This document shows, piece after piece, positions 53,104-63,606 of a DNA stretch of 64,000 nt. The notes beneath the pieces are model-generated. The model was given only the letters and a program-made list of their open reading frames with translations. It was not told the origin of the DNA and ran no database searches. How positions within the stretch are numbered: the first letter of the stretch is position 1; each line of letters starts with the position of its first letter. The DNA comes from an uncultured delta proteobacterium (GTDB lineage Bacteria; Desulfobacterota; Binatia; UBA9968). The stretch spans positions 104,146 to 168,145 of the forward strand of contig CAVXEP010000007.1 in assembly GCA_963760795.1 (NCBI GenBank), in the 5' to 3' direction. A program made the translations under genes and the position numbers.

Positions 53104-53844
53104 GTGTTGGAAAACAAGGTAGTGGTGATTACCGGCAGCGGCCAGGGAATCGGCAAACATGCGGCGATGACCTTCGCCAAGGAAAAGGCGAAAGTGGTGA
53201 TCGCCGACTTCAATGCCGACTTGGCGAAGAAGACGGCGACGGAGCTCGGTGCGCTGACCGAAACCTTGGCGATCCACGCCGACGTGCGCGAAGAAGAGAG
53301 CGTCAAGCAACTGATCGATCAAGTGATCGGCCGTTTCGGCCAGATCGATGTGATGATGAACAACGCGGCGATTGTACCGCACTTCGCGTGGAACATCCCG
53401 CGCTGGCCGCTGATCGCCGACATGCCTTTGGAATTTTGGGATCGGGTAGTCAAAACCAACCTTTACGGCACCTTTTTCGGCACCAAGCATGCGATCCCGC
53501 ATATGGCCAAGCGCAAATCCGGCCATATTATCAATCTGTACGGCGGTGGCGGCGTCAAGCCGGGCGGCGCCGGCACCTATATGGTGACCAAGGACGGCAT
53601 TCGCACGTTCTCGCGTTACGTCGCGGAGGAAGTGCGCGACGCGAATATTTGCGTCGTGACGTTTTCGCCGCGGGTGCCGATCGCCACCGAGACGGCGCCG
53701 GCGGAAGCGATTCAGCGATTGCCCGGTCCAGACGTACTGGGCATGGGATTCGTGCTCTGCGCGCAGTTGCCGATGGCGCAGAGCGGCAAATGCTTTGCCC
53801 ATGAGAACGGCAAGCTGGTGGATGAAGCGGTGCGGGAAGGGTGA
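53104..53844 (+). CDS. Short-chain dehydrogenase/reductase
   Basis: ITGSGQGIG, NNA, YMVTK; GGAGG + GTG. Confidence 0.9.
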   Translation: MLENKVVVITGSGQGIGKHAAMTFAKEKAKVVIADFNADLAKKTATELGALTETLAIHADVREEESVKQLIDQVIGRFGQIDVMMNNAAIVPHFAWNIPRWPLIADMPLEFWDRVVKTNLYGTFFGTKHAIPHMAKRKSGHIINLYGGGGVKPGGAGTYMVTKDGIRTFSRYVAEEVRDANICVVTFSPRVPIATETAPAEAIQRLPGPDVLGMGFVLCAQLPMAQSGKCFAHENGKLVDEAVREG

Positions 53845-53875
53845 AACAGGCAATGGGCATTGGGCACTAGGCAAT

Positions 53876-53987
53876 GTAGGGGCGGATAAGGGAGCGCGGG
53901 TTTTCCAACCCGCGATTAACCGCGGACAAGAATGTCCGCGCTCCAATGTCGCCCGTTCTGAGGGCCGACACGCAGGTCGGCCCCTAC
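53876..53987. repeat. GTAG REP pair interrupted by a GGAGCGCG..CGCGCTCC palindrome
   Basis: gtaggggcg..[ggagcgcgggttttccaacccgcg..gcggacaagaatgtccgcgctcc]..tcgccc..gggccgacacgcaggtcggcccctac. Confidence 0.75.
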
Positions 53988-54034
53988 ACGCGTCCGAATT
54001 GGAAAAGGGGAAGCAAGAGTCGAGGGAAACCCCC

Positions 54035-55029
54035 ATGCGTAAGAAAATCACTCGGCGAGCTTTTTGCTCGATGCTCTTGGCTCTTCCCTTTCCAGCTCAG
54101 GCGCAGCAGGCAGGGAAAATCTTCCGCATCGGTTTCCTGGATGCAAGCACTGCTTCCGGTAGCGCGGTCCTCATGGAGGCGTTCCGCGCAAGAGCTGCGC
54201 AAGCTTGGCTGGATTGAGGGAAAGAATATCACCATCGAGTACCGGTTTGCCGAGCAAAAGCCTGAGCGCCTGCCTGAGCTTGCGGCGGACCTGGTTCGTC
54301 TTAAGGTTGATCTGATCGTGGTCACAGGGGCACCATCGGCGTTGGCGGCCAAGAGCGCCACCACTACGATCCCCATCGTGATGACGAACGCTGCGGATCC
54401 CGTGGGCTGCAGGTTTGGTTGCCAGTCTGGCGCGGCCGGGAGGCAATGTCACCGGTTTCTCGAGCTTAGTCAGATCGAGCTAAACACCAAACGGCTAGAG
54501 ATACTCAAGGACGCGGTCCCCAAGCTCGCCCGAGTTGGACTTCTGCGGACGCCGGAACAACGGCGGACACCAAACCTCCAACTGAAAGATCTCAGGGCTG
54601 CGGCTGAGGCACTGAAGCTAAAATTGGAGGAGATCGAGACTCAAGTCGACGCCAAAGGTTTAGAGAGCGCCTTTCAAACCGCAAAGCAGAAGCAGGTCAA
54701 AGCGATTATGACGACCGACCACTCGCCAATTTTTCGCGGAACGAAAGCGGATCGTCGAGCTTGCCGTCAAATACCGCTTGCCGGCTATTTACTTCCAGAA
54801 GGAGTTTGTCGATGAGGGCGGTCTCATGTCCTACGGGACGGACTACGAAGACCTGTACCGCAAGGCCGCCCACTACGTCGACAAGATTCTCAAGGGAACG
54901 AATCCTGCCGATCTGCCTGTACAGCAGGCGACGAAGTTTGAATTTATCATCAACCTGAAGGCGGCAAAACAGATTGGTCATACGATTCCGATCGGATTGC
55001 TGGAGCGGGCGAATCAGGTGATCAAGTGA
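54035..55029 (+). CDS. ABC_sub_bind substrate-binding protein, frameshifted
   Basis: [40 protein letters not shown]. Confidence 0.82.
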
Positions 55030-55093
55030 AAATAGGCACAGGTAATGCTAGCATCGTGTCCCGGAATTACGTCAACTAAAATGCTGATAACAT

Positions 55094-55177
55094 CCCCCTT
55101 TGAAAAAGGGGGACTGAGGGGGATTTGAAGTTTATGCGCTTGAGAAAATCCCCCCTTCCCCTCTTTTTCAAGGGGGG
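55094..55177. repeat. CCCCCTTT..AAAGGGGG inverted-pair repeat
   Basis: ccccctttgaaaaagggggactgagggggattt ... aaatcccccc..ctttttcaagggggg. Confidence 0.85.
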
Positions 55178-55197
55178 TTAATCGACATAGGGAGTTA

Positions 55198-56220
55198 ATG
55201 ATGAAAGTTATCGATGCGGATGCCCATGTGATCGAGAACGAGTCGACTTGGGATTACATGCTGGAGTCGGAGAAGGCGTTCAAGCCGAAAATCGTCGGCG
55301 CGAGCAATGGCAAAGATGCGTTCGACTACTGGATGATCGACGGCCGGGTGATTCCGCGCAACAACGTCGGCCGCGATCTGCCGGTGGAGTCGCGGGAGAT
55401 GAGCGATCTGAGCGCGCGGATCAAGCATATGGACGAGTTGGGCATCGACGTCCAGGTGATCTACCCGACGTTTTTCATCACGCCGGTGAGCCGGCGGCCG
55501 GACATCGATCTCGCCGTGTCGCGCAGCTACAACCGCTGGATGGCCGACATCGTCAAAAAGCAGCCGGATCGTTTTCGTTGGGTGCTGGTGCCGCCGCTGC
55601 AAAGCCAGGAACATCTGTCGGAGGAATTGAAGTTCGGCAAGGAGAACGGCGCCTGCGGCGTCTACATGCGCGGCTTGGAGTGCGAGCGCAGTCTCAGCGA
55701 TCCTTACTTCTATTCATTGTACGAACAGGCGAGCGCGCTGGATCTGCCGATCTGTGTGCACTCGGCCAACGGCGCGTTTACCACCTACGATTTTTTCGCC
55801 GACGATCCGGGCTTTAGTAAGTTCAAGCTCGCCGTCATCGGCGCGTTTCATTCGCTGGTGTTTCACGCCATCCCGCAGCGTTTCCCGAAGTTGAAGATCG
55901 GCATCATCGAAGTCAGCGCCCAGTGGATTCCCTACGCTGTGCACGATCTATCGCGGCGCTTCGCCCGACGCGGCCGGACGTTCCCGCAGAATATTCTCAA
56001 AGAAAATCGCATTTACGTGACTTGCCAGACCGATGACGATCTCGACCAGGTGCTGCGTTACGCCGGCGACGATAATCTGGTCATCGGCACGGACTATGGC
56101 CATGCCGATAACGCCGCCGAGATCGAAGCGCTGCGCAAGCTGCGCACCGACGGCAAGATCAGCGGACGAGTGATCGACAAGATCTTGCAGGATAATCCGT
56201 CGGCGTTTTACGGTTTGTAA
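55198..56220 (+). CDS. Amidohydrolase_2 family metal-dependent hydrolase/decarboxylase
   Basis: IDADAH, QVIYPT, PICVH, GTDYGH. Confidence 0.9.
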   Translation: MMKVIDADAHVIENESTWDYMLESEKAFKPKIVGASNGKDAFDYWMIDGRVIPRNNVGRDLPVESREMSDLSARIKHMDELGIDVQVIYPTFFITPVSRRPDIDLAVSRSYNRWMADIVKKQPDRFRWVLVPPLQSQEHLSEELKFGKENGACGVYMRGLECERSLSDPYFYSLYEQASALDLPICVHSANGAFTTYDFFADDPGFSKFKLAVIGAFHSLVFHAIPQRFPKLKIGIIEVSAQWIPYAVHDLSRRFARRGRTFPQNILKENRIYVTCQTDDDLDQVLRYAGDDNLVIGTDYGHADNAAEIEALRKLRTDGKISGRVIDKILQDNPSAFYGL

Positions 56221-56252
56221 GGCGAATTGCTGCGGTATTTCGGGGGAGGTAT

Positions 56253-56532
56253 TCACCACGAAGTTAATCATGATCTCACGCACGCCCACGGAGAATGAAA
56301 ATCGAGGGAATTCCCTCCTCGACTCGTCATTCCCGCGCACGCGGGAATCCAGGTTTGGTCTGCGCCCAATTAGCCTGGATACCCGCTTTCGCGGGTATGA
56401 CGGAACCCAGGTGGCCTCTTCATTGTGGGAGACCTTCGCCTAAAATGTATTTTCAAAGGAGGACACGAAGATCACGAAGTTCGGAATGTTATTTTTCCGA
56501 AACCTTCGTGTCCTTCGTGCCTTCGTGGTGAA
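56253..56532. repeat. Three-layer nested repeat (CACGAAG element > ~198-bp insert > CGTC REP pair)
   Basis: caccacgaag[56264-56461]gacacgaag; inner cgtcattcccgcgcacgcgggaatccag..ctggatacccgctttcgcgggtatgacg at 56325-56402. Confidence 0.85.
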
Positions 56533-56575
56533 ATCAGACGTTTATAGAGGCAGATTACCCTAATGGAGGTTTCAG

Positions 56576-57613
56576 ATGTTAAGTATCGATGCTGATGCGC
56601 ATGTGATCGAGTGCGAGAAAACTTGGGATTACCTGGAAGGCGACGATAAGCGCTACCGGCCGGTGCCGATCGCCGTCGACATGCCGACCGGCAAGAAGAG
56701 CAACTTTTGGATCATCGGCGGGCGCTTGATCGGCGGGCGCGACAACGTCGGCCAGGATACCTCGAAGGAGTCCCGCGAGATGGCCAACATCGACTCGCGG
56801 TTAAAACATATGGACGACATCGGCACCGGCGTGCAGGTGCTCTATCCGACGTTGTTTCTGCGGCCGGTGACCGACAATCCGCGCATCGAGCTGGCGCTTT
56901 GCAAATCCTACAACCGCTGGATGGCGGACATTTGGTCGAAGGATAAAAAGCGTTTGCGCTGGGCGGTGCAGTTGCCGCTTTTGACCATGGACGCGGCGTT
57001 GGATGAATTGCGCTGGTCCAAGGGCAATGGCGCCTGCGCGGTGTTCATGCGCGGCATCGAGACCAATCACGTGCTGCACGATCCGTACTTTTTCCCGCTC
57101 TACGAAGAAGCGAGCCGGCTCAATCTGCCCATCGGCATTCACTCCGGCATCGGCAACTTCACGGTTAACGACATGCTCGGCGCCGAGCCGTTTCGCGTCG
57201 CTAAGCTGATCGTCATCGGCGGCTTCCATTCGATGATCTTGAACGGCATCCTGGAAAAGTTTCCCAAGCTGCGCGTCGGCGCCATCGAGGTGGCGGCGCA
57301 GTGGGTGCCCTATATCGTGCACGATTTGAATCTGCGTTTCCCCAAGCTCGAAGGCAAAGAACCGCGGCCCGACGTCTTGAGCGGCAGCAGCCAGTTGTTT
57401 GTCGCCTGCCAGACCGACGACGACCTGCCCTACGTGCTCAAGTACGCCGGCGAGAATTGCCTGATGATCGGTTCTGACTACGGCCACGCCGACAACGCCA
57501 GCGAGTTGCTGGCCTTGGCGAAGTTGAAGGAAACCAGTGAGATCGATCCCAAGGTGATCGACAAGATTCTGACGTACAATCCGGCGAAGTTTTATGGGCT
57601 GGATGTGGATTGA
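56576..57613 (+). CDS. Amidohydrolase_2 family protein (paralog of the upstream gene)
   Basis: IDADAH, QVLYPT, PIGIH, GSDYGH. Confidence 0.9.
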   Translation: MLSIDADAHVIECEKTWDYLEGDDKRYRPVPIAVDMPTGKKSNFWIIGGRLIGGRDNVGQDTSKESREMANIDSRLKHMDDIGTGVQVLYPTLFLRPVTDNPRIELALCKSYNRWMADIWSKDKKRLRWAVQLPLLTMDAALDELRWSKGNGACAVFMRGIETNHVLHDPYFFPLYEEASRLNLPIGIHSGIGNFTVNDMLGAEPFRVAKLIVIGGFHSMILNGILEKFPKLRVGAIEVAAQWVPYIVHDLNLRFPKLEGKEPRPDVLSGSSQLFVACQTDDDLPYVLKYAGENCLMIGSDYGHADNASELLALAKLKETSEIDPKVIDKILTYNPAKFYGLDVD

Positions 57614-57766
57614 TTACGCTATCGTGTTCTTGTTTCGTGTTGGAAGGTTCTTGTAGGGGCGACCGGCGGTCGCCCTTGTCCTCATCCCTGCCTTCTCCCA
57701 AAAGGAGAAGGGGTAAGAAGTGACGATGGACTCAAGCCAAACGCAGAAACTCGATTGAGGTAAGAT

Positions 57767-58914
57767 ATGAGCGATGCTTTCGACTTGCTTGCTGACCGGC
57801 GGCACGGTGCTCAATCCAGCGACCAAGACCAAAGAGAAACTCGACGTCGGCGTCAAAGGCGACCGGGTCACGGCGATTCAAGCGAGCATTCCGCGCACCG
57901 GTGTTAAGCGTGTCATCGATGTCACCGGCTGCTATGTGACGCCGGGGTTGATCGACTTCCATGTGCATAGTTACTGGGGAGTGAATCCCTATGGCTGCGA
58001 TCTCGACGCCGCTGTGTCTTGCCACGGGTGTGACCAGCGCGCTCGATGCCGGGTCGGCGGGGCCGGTGAATCTGCTCGGCTTTCGCAAGCTCGTCTACGA
58101 GAGATCGAAGACGCGCATGATCGCTTTCGTCGCATTAGCCCAGCATGGCGTGTTGAATGAACCGGGGGAGCTGCTTAATTTGGGCTTCGCCGACTTAGAC
58201 GGCTCGGCGCAGGCGGTGATCGACAACCGCGACCTCGGCGTCGGCATCAAAGTCCGGTTGCACAAGAAATCCATCGGCGACAACAGCCGCGAGGCCTTGC
58301 GGCTGGCGATCAAGGCCGGCGAAGCGTCGGGCACGCCGATGATGGTCCATGTCGGCAGCACGGCGATCGGCATGGACGAGATCGCCGACACTTTGCGGCC
58401 GGGCGACATCATCACCCATTGTTACACGCCGCAGAAGCCGTCGATCATCGATGACAAAGGCAAGCTGCTGCCGCTCGTGCGCAAGGCCAAGGAGCGCGGC
58501 GTGATCTTCGATGTCGGCCACGCCGGCGGCCATTTCGATTTCGCTCTGGTCGAGCGCGCCATGGGCGAGGGGATCATCCCCGATATCATCAGCTCGGACC
58601 TGCACGGGCGCTTGAGCCAGCCGGGCTTTGGCGTGGTCGGTGATTTACCGACGGTGCTGACTAAGTTCTTGCCGCTAGGTTTGAGCTTCGATGAGATTAT
58701 CGCCAAGTGCACGGTGGACGCCGCTCGAGCGGTTGGCTGGCAAGACCGTATCGGCAGTCTCGAAGTCGGCCGCGAAGCGGATATCGCCGTACTGCAAATC
58801 GTCGACGAGCCCGTGATGCTGCACGACTCCGTCGGCGGCGAGAAGTTGCACAAGCAACGCATCGCCGCCAAGTGGACCGTACGTGCCGGCGAAGTGTTTC
58901 AAGGCCGCGGATGA
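57767..58914 (+). CDS. Amidohydrolase/deacetylase-family metallohydrolase (dihydroorotase-like), frameshifts ~57788 and ~58012
   Basis: PGLIDFHVH, GVTSALDAGS, GIKVR, MVH, THC, DVGH, ISSD. Confidence 0.85.
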
Positions 58915-59154
58915 GATGGGAATAGGAAAAGCAGATTGGCCGCAAAGAACGCAAAGGGCGCAAAACATCTGAAGGGGAAGTCCGATGTAGGGGCGTATGG
59001 CATACGCCCTGGGGTGGCGATGGGCAATCTCCTGCCCACGCAATTTTTACAGGCAAGGCAAATTTTAATGGATAGCAATACGAAGGACACCAAGGGTTCG
59101 ATCATAAGGGCAAGTCGTGGCTTGCCCATTAATCGCGTGGAGAAAGAGGGAAAA

Positions 59155-60186
59155 ATGCGAAAAGTAATTCGACTTACATTATTGATGGTGATGGCAACGG
59201 TTGCGACGGCGGCGGCACAGACGCCTTACTATCAAGGCAAGACGATCACGATCATCACCGGCAGCCAGACCGGCGACGTTTTCGATATCTTTGCGCGTAT
59301 GATCGCGGCGCATATGGGCAAGAATATTCCCGGCAATCCTAACATGGTCGTGCAGAATATGACCGGCGCCGGCCATATTGTCGCGGCGAATTTCGTTTAT
59401 AGCGTCGCCAAACCCGACGGTCTGACGCTGCTGGCGCCCAACCCCAATCTTTACGTCGATCAACTGATCGGCCGGCCCGAGATCAAATTCGACTGGGCAA
59501 AGTTTGCCTGGCTCGGCAATGCTCAACGCACGACGGACATGCTATACATGCGCACCGACGCTCCTTTCAAAACCATGGAAGATGTCCGCAACGCCAAGGA
59601 GCCGCCGAAATGCGGTGCCACCGGCACCGGTACCACCGGATTCATGGTGCCGCGGCTGTTAGAGGAAACCATCGGCGCGAAATTCAATGTGATCACCGGT
59701 TACAAGGGCGGCAACGAAGTTGACTTGGCGGTGGAACGAGGCGAGATCCAGTGCCGGGCCTTCAGTGTTACGGCCTTCTTCGCTCGCGAGCCTTTTCATA
59801 CCTGGCGCAAAAACAACTTTGCGCGGGCGATTATCCAAAACGGCCAAAAGCGAGATAGCCGGCTGGCTGACGTGCCGACGCTCAATGAATTGATGGAAAA
59901 ATATAAGACTCCCGAAATCAGCCGGCGCGTGGCGTTGGTGGTAACCGCATCGGAAATCTTTCAACGCCCCTACATGGGCCCGCCGGGCTTGCGCCCCGAG
60001 CTTGTGAAAATTCTCCGCGAAGCGTTTCAGAAGACGCTGAAGGACAACGCGTTTTTGGAAGACGTAAAAAGCAAGAAGCTCGATGCCGAGTACACTTCCG
60101 GCGAAGAGATGGAAACCATGGCCAAAGAGATGATGTCGCAGCGGCCCGAGGTTGTCGAACGATTGAGGAAAGTGTTGGGAAACTAG
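59155..60186 (+). CDS. Bug/TctC-family substrate-binding protein
   Basis: Start MRKVIR; YYQGKTI, KPDGLT, PPKCGATG, GEIQCR. Confidence 0.9.
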   Translation: MRKVIRLTLLMVMATVATAAAQTPYYQGKTITIITGSQTGDVFDIFARMIAAHMGKNIPGNPNMVVQNMTGAGHIVAANFVYSVAKPDGLTLLAPNPNLYVDQLIGRPEIKFDWAKFAWLGNAQRTTDMLYMRTDAPFKTMEDVRNAKEPPKCGATGTGTTGFMVPRLLEETIGAKFNVITGYKGGNEVDLAVERGEIQCRAFSVTAFFAREPFHTWRKNNFARAIIQNGQKRDSRLADVPTLNELMEKYKTPEISRRVALVVTASEIFQRPYMGPPGLRPELVKILREAFQKTLKDNAFLEDVKSKKLDAEYTSGEEMETMAKEMMSQRPEVVERLRKVLGN

Positions 60187-60251
60187 GTTTAGCAAGTAAG
60201 GCAATCCACCCGGGGGCCGATAGCCGTGCCCCTGCACTTCGGAGGTTTATC

Positions 60252-60959
60252 ATGAGTTCATCGTGGGAAAACGTCAGAGTCGACGGCTCGAACATGCGCG
60301 CCTACGTCAGCGCGCCGGAAGGTTCGAACAAAGTTCCCGCTATCGTCATCGTCCAGGGCCAGACCGGCGTCGACGATTTTCTCCAATTTACCCGCATGGT
60401 CGCGAGCGAAGGATTCGTCGGCGCGGCGCCGGATCTTTATCATCGCGATCCGGCGGACTGCAAAGACGATGCGCCGACGCGGCGCATGCGCTTAACGGAT
60501 AAGACCGTGAGCGCGGACGTCAATGCGACCATCGAATTTCTCAAGTCGCATCCTTCGGTCGACCCGGCGCGCATCGGCATCGTCGGCTTCTGCATGGGCG
60601 GGCGCGCGGTCTATTTGATGTCGGCGCTCAATCCAGATCTAAAAGCCGGCGTGATGTATTACGGCGGCGATCCGTTTCATGCCTGGGGTGAAGGACCATC
60701 GCCCTTCGAGCGCACGGCGCAGATTCACTGCCCGATCATGGGCCACTTCGGCGAAGACGATAAGAATCCATCACCGGCGGACATGCGCAAGCTCGACGCC
60801 GAGATGACGCGGCTTGGCAAGCCCCATGAATTTCATTCCTATGCCAACGCGGCCCACGCCTTCGCCAATTTCGGCTCGCCGGGATACCGCGAACACGCGG
60901 CAACCGCTTCGTGGCCGCGCACCTTCGGGTTTTTTTCCAAGCATCTCAAGGGGACCTGA
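60252..60959 (+). CDS. Dienelactone hydrolase family protein
   Basis: APDLYHR, GFCMGG nucleophile, GEDD, AAHAF. Confidence 0.92.
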   Translation: MSSSWENVRVDGSNMRAYVSAPEGSNKVPAIVIVQGQTGVDDFLQFTRMVASEGFVGAAPDLYHRDPADCKDDAPTRRMRLTDKTVSADVNATIEFLKSHPSVDPARIGIVGFCMGGRAVYLMSALNPDLKAGVMYYGGDPFHAWGEGPSPFERTAQIHCPIMGHFGEDDKNPSPADMRKLDAEMTRLGKPHEFHSYANAAHAFANFGSPGYREHAATASWPRTFGFFSKHLKGT

Positions 60960-61102
60960 GATCGATTCGTTCAAGACGTTCAAAAAGTTCAAATCGTTCA
61001 AGCCGTCCGAGCAAAGCGCGCGCGAGTTGCCCTATGACGACCACGCATTGACACTGGAGTCCCAACTGTACTAAACCGGCGCGAAGAACAGGAGGATCCG
61101 AG

Positions 61103-62140
61103 ATGAAACGCTCGCATGATTTTCCGAGTTACTTCCCAGTTAGCCGTCGGGTTGTAGACATTGCCCTTATCATTCTGCTGGTCATTGTGATTCCTTCTTT
61201 GTCTTGGGGGCAGGCGCTCAAGAAGGTTCCCTTTCCTTACTCGCCCATCGGGCTCAACTGTTTGCCTTGGTTTGTCGCCAAGGATGCTCGTTTGTCGGAA
61301 AAATACGGGATCGACCTCGATCCGGTTTTTATCGGCGCTTCATCCGCGCTGTTCCAGTCGATGCTGTCGGGAGCGGCGGAGATGGCGGGCTCGGGCGGGC
61401 CGGCGATCATTTCCAACATACTGAGCGGCGGTGACATCATTCATATTACCGCGATGGTGCCCCGGTTCACGCAGTCGGTGATGGTCAAGTCGGAGATCAA
61501 GAGGCCGGAAGACATGGCGGGCAAGAAGATCGGTGTAAGCCGACTGGGCACCGTCACCCATTTCGCGTTACAGACCGCGCTGGACGGCTACGGCGTCAAA
61601 GGCGTGACGATCCTGCAGATGGGCGGGCAGCCCGAGGGCTATGCCGGTTTGGTGCGCGGCTCGGTCGACGGCGCGGTGTTTTCGCCGCCCTATAATTTCC
61701 AGCTCAAGAAACAGGGATACAACGAACTGGTGTCGCCCAACGATTTGAAAAAGTTCACCGATTTTATCACCAACGGCATAGTCGCGCGCCGATCGGTGGT
61801 GGAAAAGGACAAAGACACGATCATTCGCGTCATTAAAGTCACCGCCGAAGCGATCAAGGTGATTCAAACCGATCGGGATTACACGAAGAAAGTCATCATG
61901 AAATGGATGCCCATGAAGGACGCGGATTTGCTGGAGCAGGCCTATCTCTTTGCCCAGGAAAACTATTCGCGCGAAGGACTGGTCAACGACGGCGCGCTGC
62001 GCTCGATGGTGAAGCAGATGATGACGAGTAATCTCGTCGACGCAAAACTCGCCGCTAGCACGCCGGTCACGGCTTACTATGACAATAGGTATGTCGACGA
62101 GGTGAAACGGTCGGGATTCTTCGATCAACTCTGGAGATAA
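61103..62140 (+). CDS. ABC substrate-binding protein, NitT/TauT family
   Basis: PWFVAKDA, GKKIGVSRLGT, RSGFFDQLW. Confidence 0.88.
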   Translation: MKRSHDFPSYFPVSRRVVDIALIILLVIVIPSLSWGQALKKVPFPYSPIGLNCLPWFVAKDARLSEKYGIDLDPVFIGASSALFQSMLSGAAEMAGSGGPAIISNILSGGDIIHITAMVPRFTQSVMVKSEIKRPEDMAGKKIGVSRLGTVTHFALQTALDGYGVKGVTILQMGGQPEGYAGLVRGSVDGAVFSPPYNFQLKKQGYNELVSPNDLKKFTDFITNGIVARRSVVEKDKDTIIRVIKVTAEAIKVIQTDRDYTKKVIMKWMPMKDADLLEQAYLFAQENYSREGLVNDGALRSMVKQMMTSNLVDAKLAASTPVTAYYDNRYVDEVKRSGFFDQLWR

Positions 62141-62190
62141 AGCTTAGAGAACTGCAAAACCTTCAAGCGGTTTTCGTCTCGTACAGTTTA

Positions 62191-63190
62191 TTACTTATAC
62201 AGCCGGTCGAAAAATCCTTCCTTCTCCAGTTCCGCAACGATGGTGTCGTCGACGATGTCGTCGACCTTCACCGTCGAGCCGGGCTTTTTCGACAGCGCGT
62301 CTTTGAGTTGAATATCCATGCCTTCCCTGCCGACGTAGGGCACGCGATCTAAAAGTTTCGCATTGGTTTCCCAGGCAGCTTCCAGGTACGCCGGGTCATT
62401 CTGGCGCGAGTACTTGGCGAGGATTTGCTTGCTCTCCTCCTTGCGGGTCTTGAAAAAGTGCGAGCCTTCGCTGAGCGCCATGACCAATCGTTTAACCGTC
62501 GGACGGTTGGCCGCCAGATAGTGTTTTCGTCGTCGTGCCGCAGATGTAGGGAAATGGATAAGGCTTTTGAAAGTCGGCGGTGCTGAGCAAAACCCGCTGC
62601 GGCATGCCTTTCGTCAGGTGCAAGACTCCGGGAGGCGCGGGGAAGGCGGCGATGCGGCCGGTTCGGAAAGCAGCGGCGCGTTCGCCGCCGCCGCCCACCT
62701 GGATCATCGCCACGTCTTTGTCCGGTTCCAAGCCGAGATACCTGAGAAACACCCGCGCGATCACGTCCGATGAACTGCCGATGCGGCTGATGCCGATGCT
62801 CTTGCCTTTCAATTGCTCCTTGGACTTGATCGAATCCTGGACGATCAACTCGTAGGGCAATGTGTTCATGAAGCAGGCGACCGCGACCAAGTTGGCGCCG
62901 CTGACGGCGGCGCTGGCGATGGTGCCGCCGGTGCCGTTGCCGAATTTCAATTGCCCGGCGACCAGCACGGCGACGTTGGTGGACGAGGCTGGGATGAAGA
63001 TCGATTCGACGTCGAGGCCATGTTTTTTGTACAAGCCTTTTTCCTGGGCGATGTACCAGTTGGCGCTCGGCGCGTCGATGGAGCTGTAGGAGACCGTGAG
63101 CTTCTCTTGCGCGGAGAGATGCGGATTGGCCGCAAAGAACGCAAAGCACACAAATAGGAACCATCCTGGGAAAGTCTTAAACATCGTCAT
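62191..63190 (-). CDS. ABC substrate-binding protein, NitT/TauT family (frameshift ~62522)
   Basis: GLYKKHGLDV, LKGKSIGISRIGS, GLEPDKDV, EKEGFFDRLY. Confidence 0.85.
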
Positions 63191-63321
63191 CGGGCCTCCG
63201 TTTCGCGGCGATAGTAGTGAAGGATTGTGATTCGGTCAAGGCGGCGTTGACGTTGGTGCGCTGGGTCGGTTAGTGTTTCTTTGATTCGTACTCTTCAACT
63301 TATGCTAGAAGGAGAACCGCC

Positions 63322-63606
63322 ATGCTATCCGCTATCGTATTGCTCACTACCGATCGCGACAAAACCAACAAAGTTGCCGAGGCCCTCGCCGATTTGGACG
63401 GCGTCACGGAAGTCTACTCGGTGGCGGGGCGCTATGACCTGGCGGCGATCGTGCGCGCGAGTGACAACGATCAGCTGGCGAAGGTGGTTACGGAAAGGAT
63501 TCGCGCTGTGCCGGGCATCGCCAGCTCGGAGACTTTGATCGCGTTCCGCGTCTACTCGCGCCATGATCTCGAACGGATGTTTTCCATCGGCATGGAGAAT
63601 CCGTAG
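63322..63606 (+). CDS. Stand-alone Lrp/AsnC ligand-binding domain protein
   Basis: EVYSVAGRYDL, GIASSETLIAF; no HTH; AAGGAG RBS. Confidence 0.88.
   Translation: MLSAIVLLTTDRDKTNKVAEALADLDGVTEVYSVAGRYDLAAIVRASDNDQLAKVVTERIRAVPGIASSETLIAFRVYSRHDLERMFSIGMENP

Noticed and set aside
39065-63190. Programmed frameshifting or true pseudogenes for the split genes
   Set aside because: Indels are scattered single bases without slippery-site/hairpin signals or accumulated nonsense codons; sequencing error is more parsimonious
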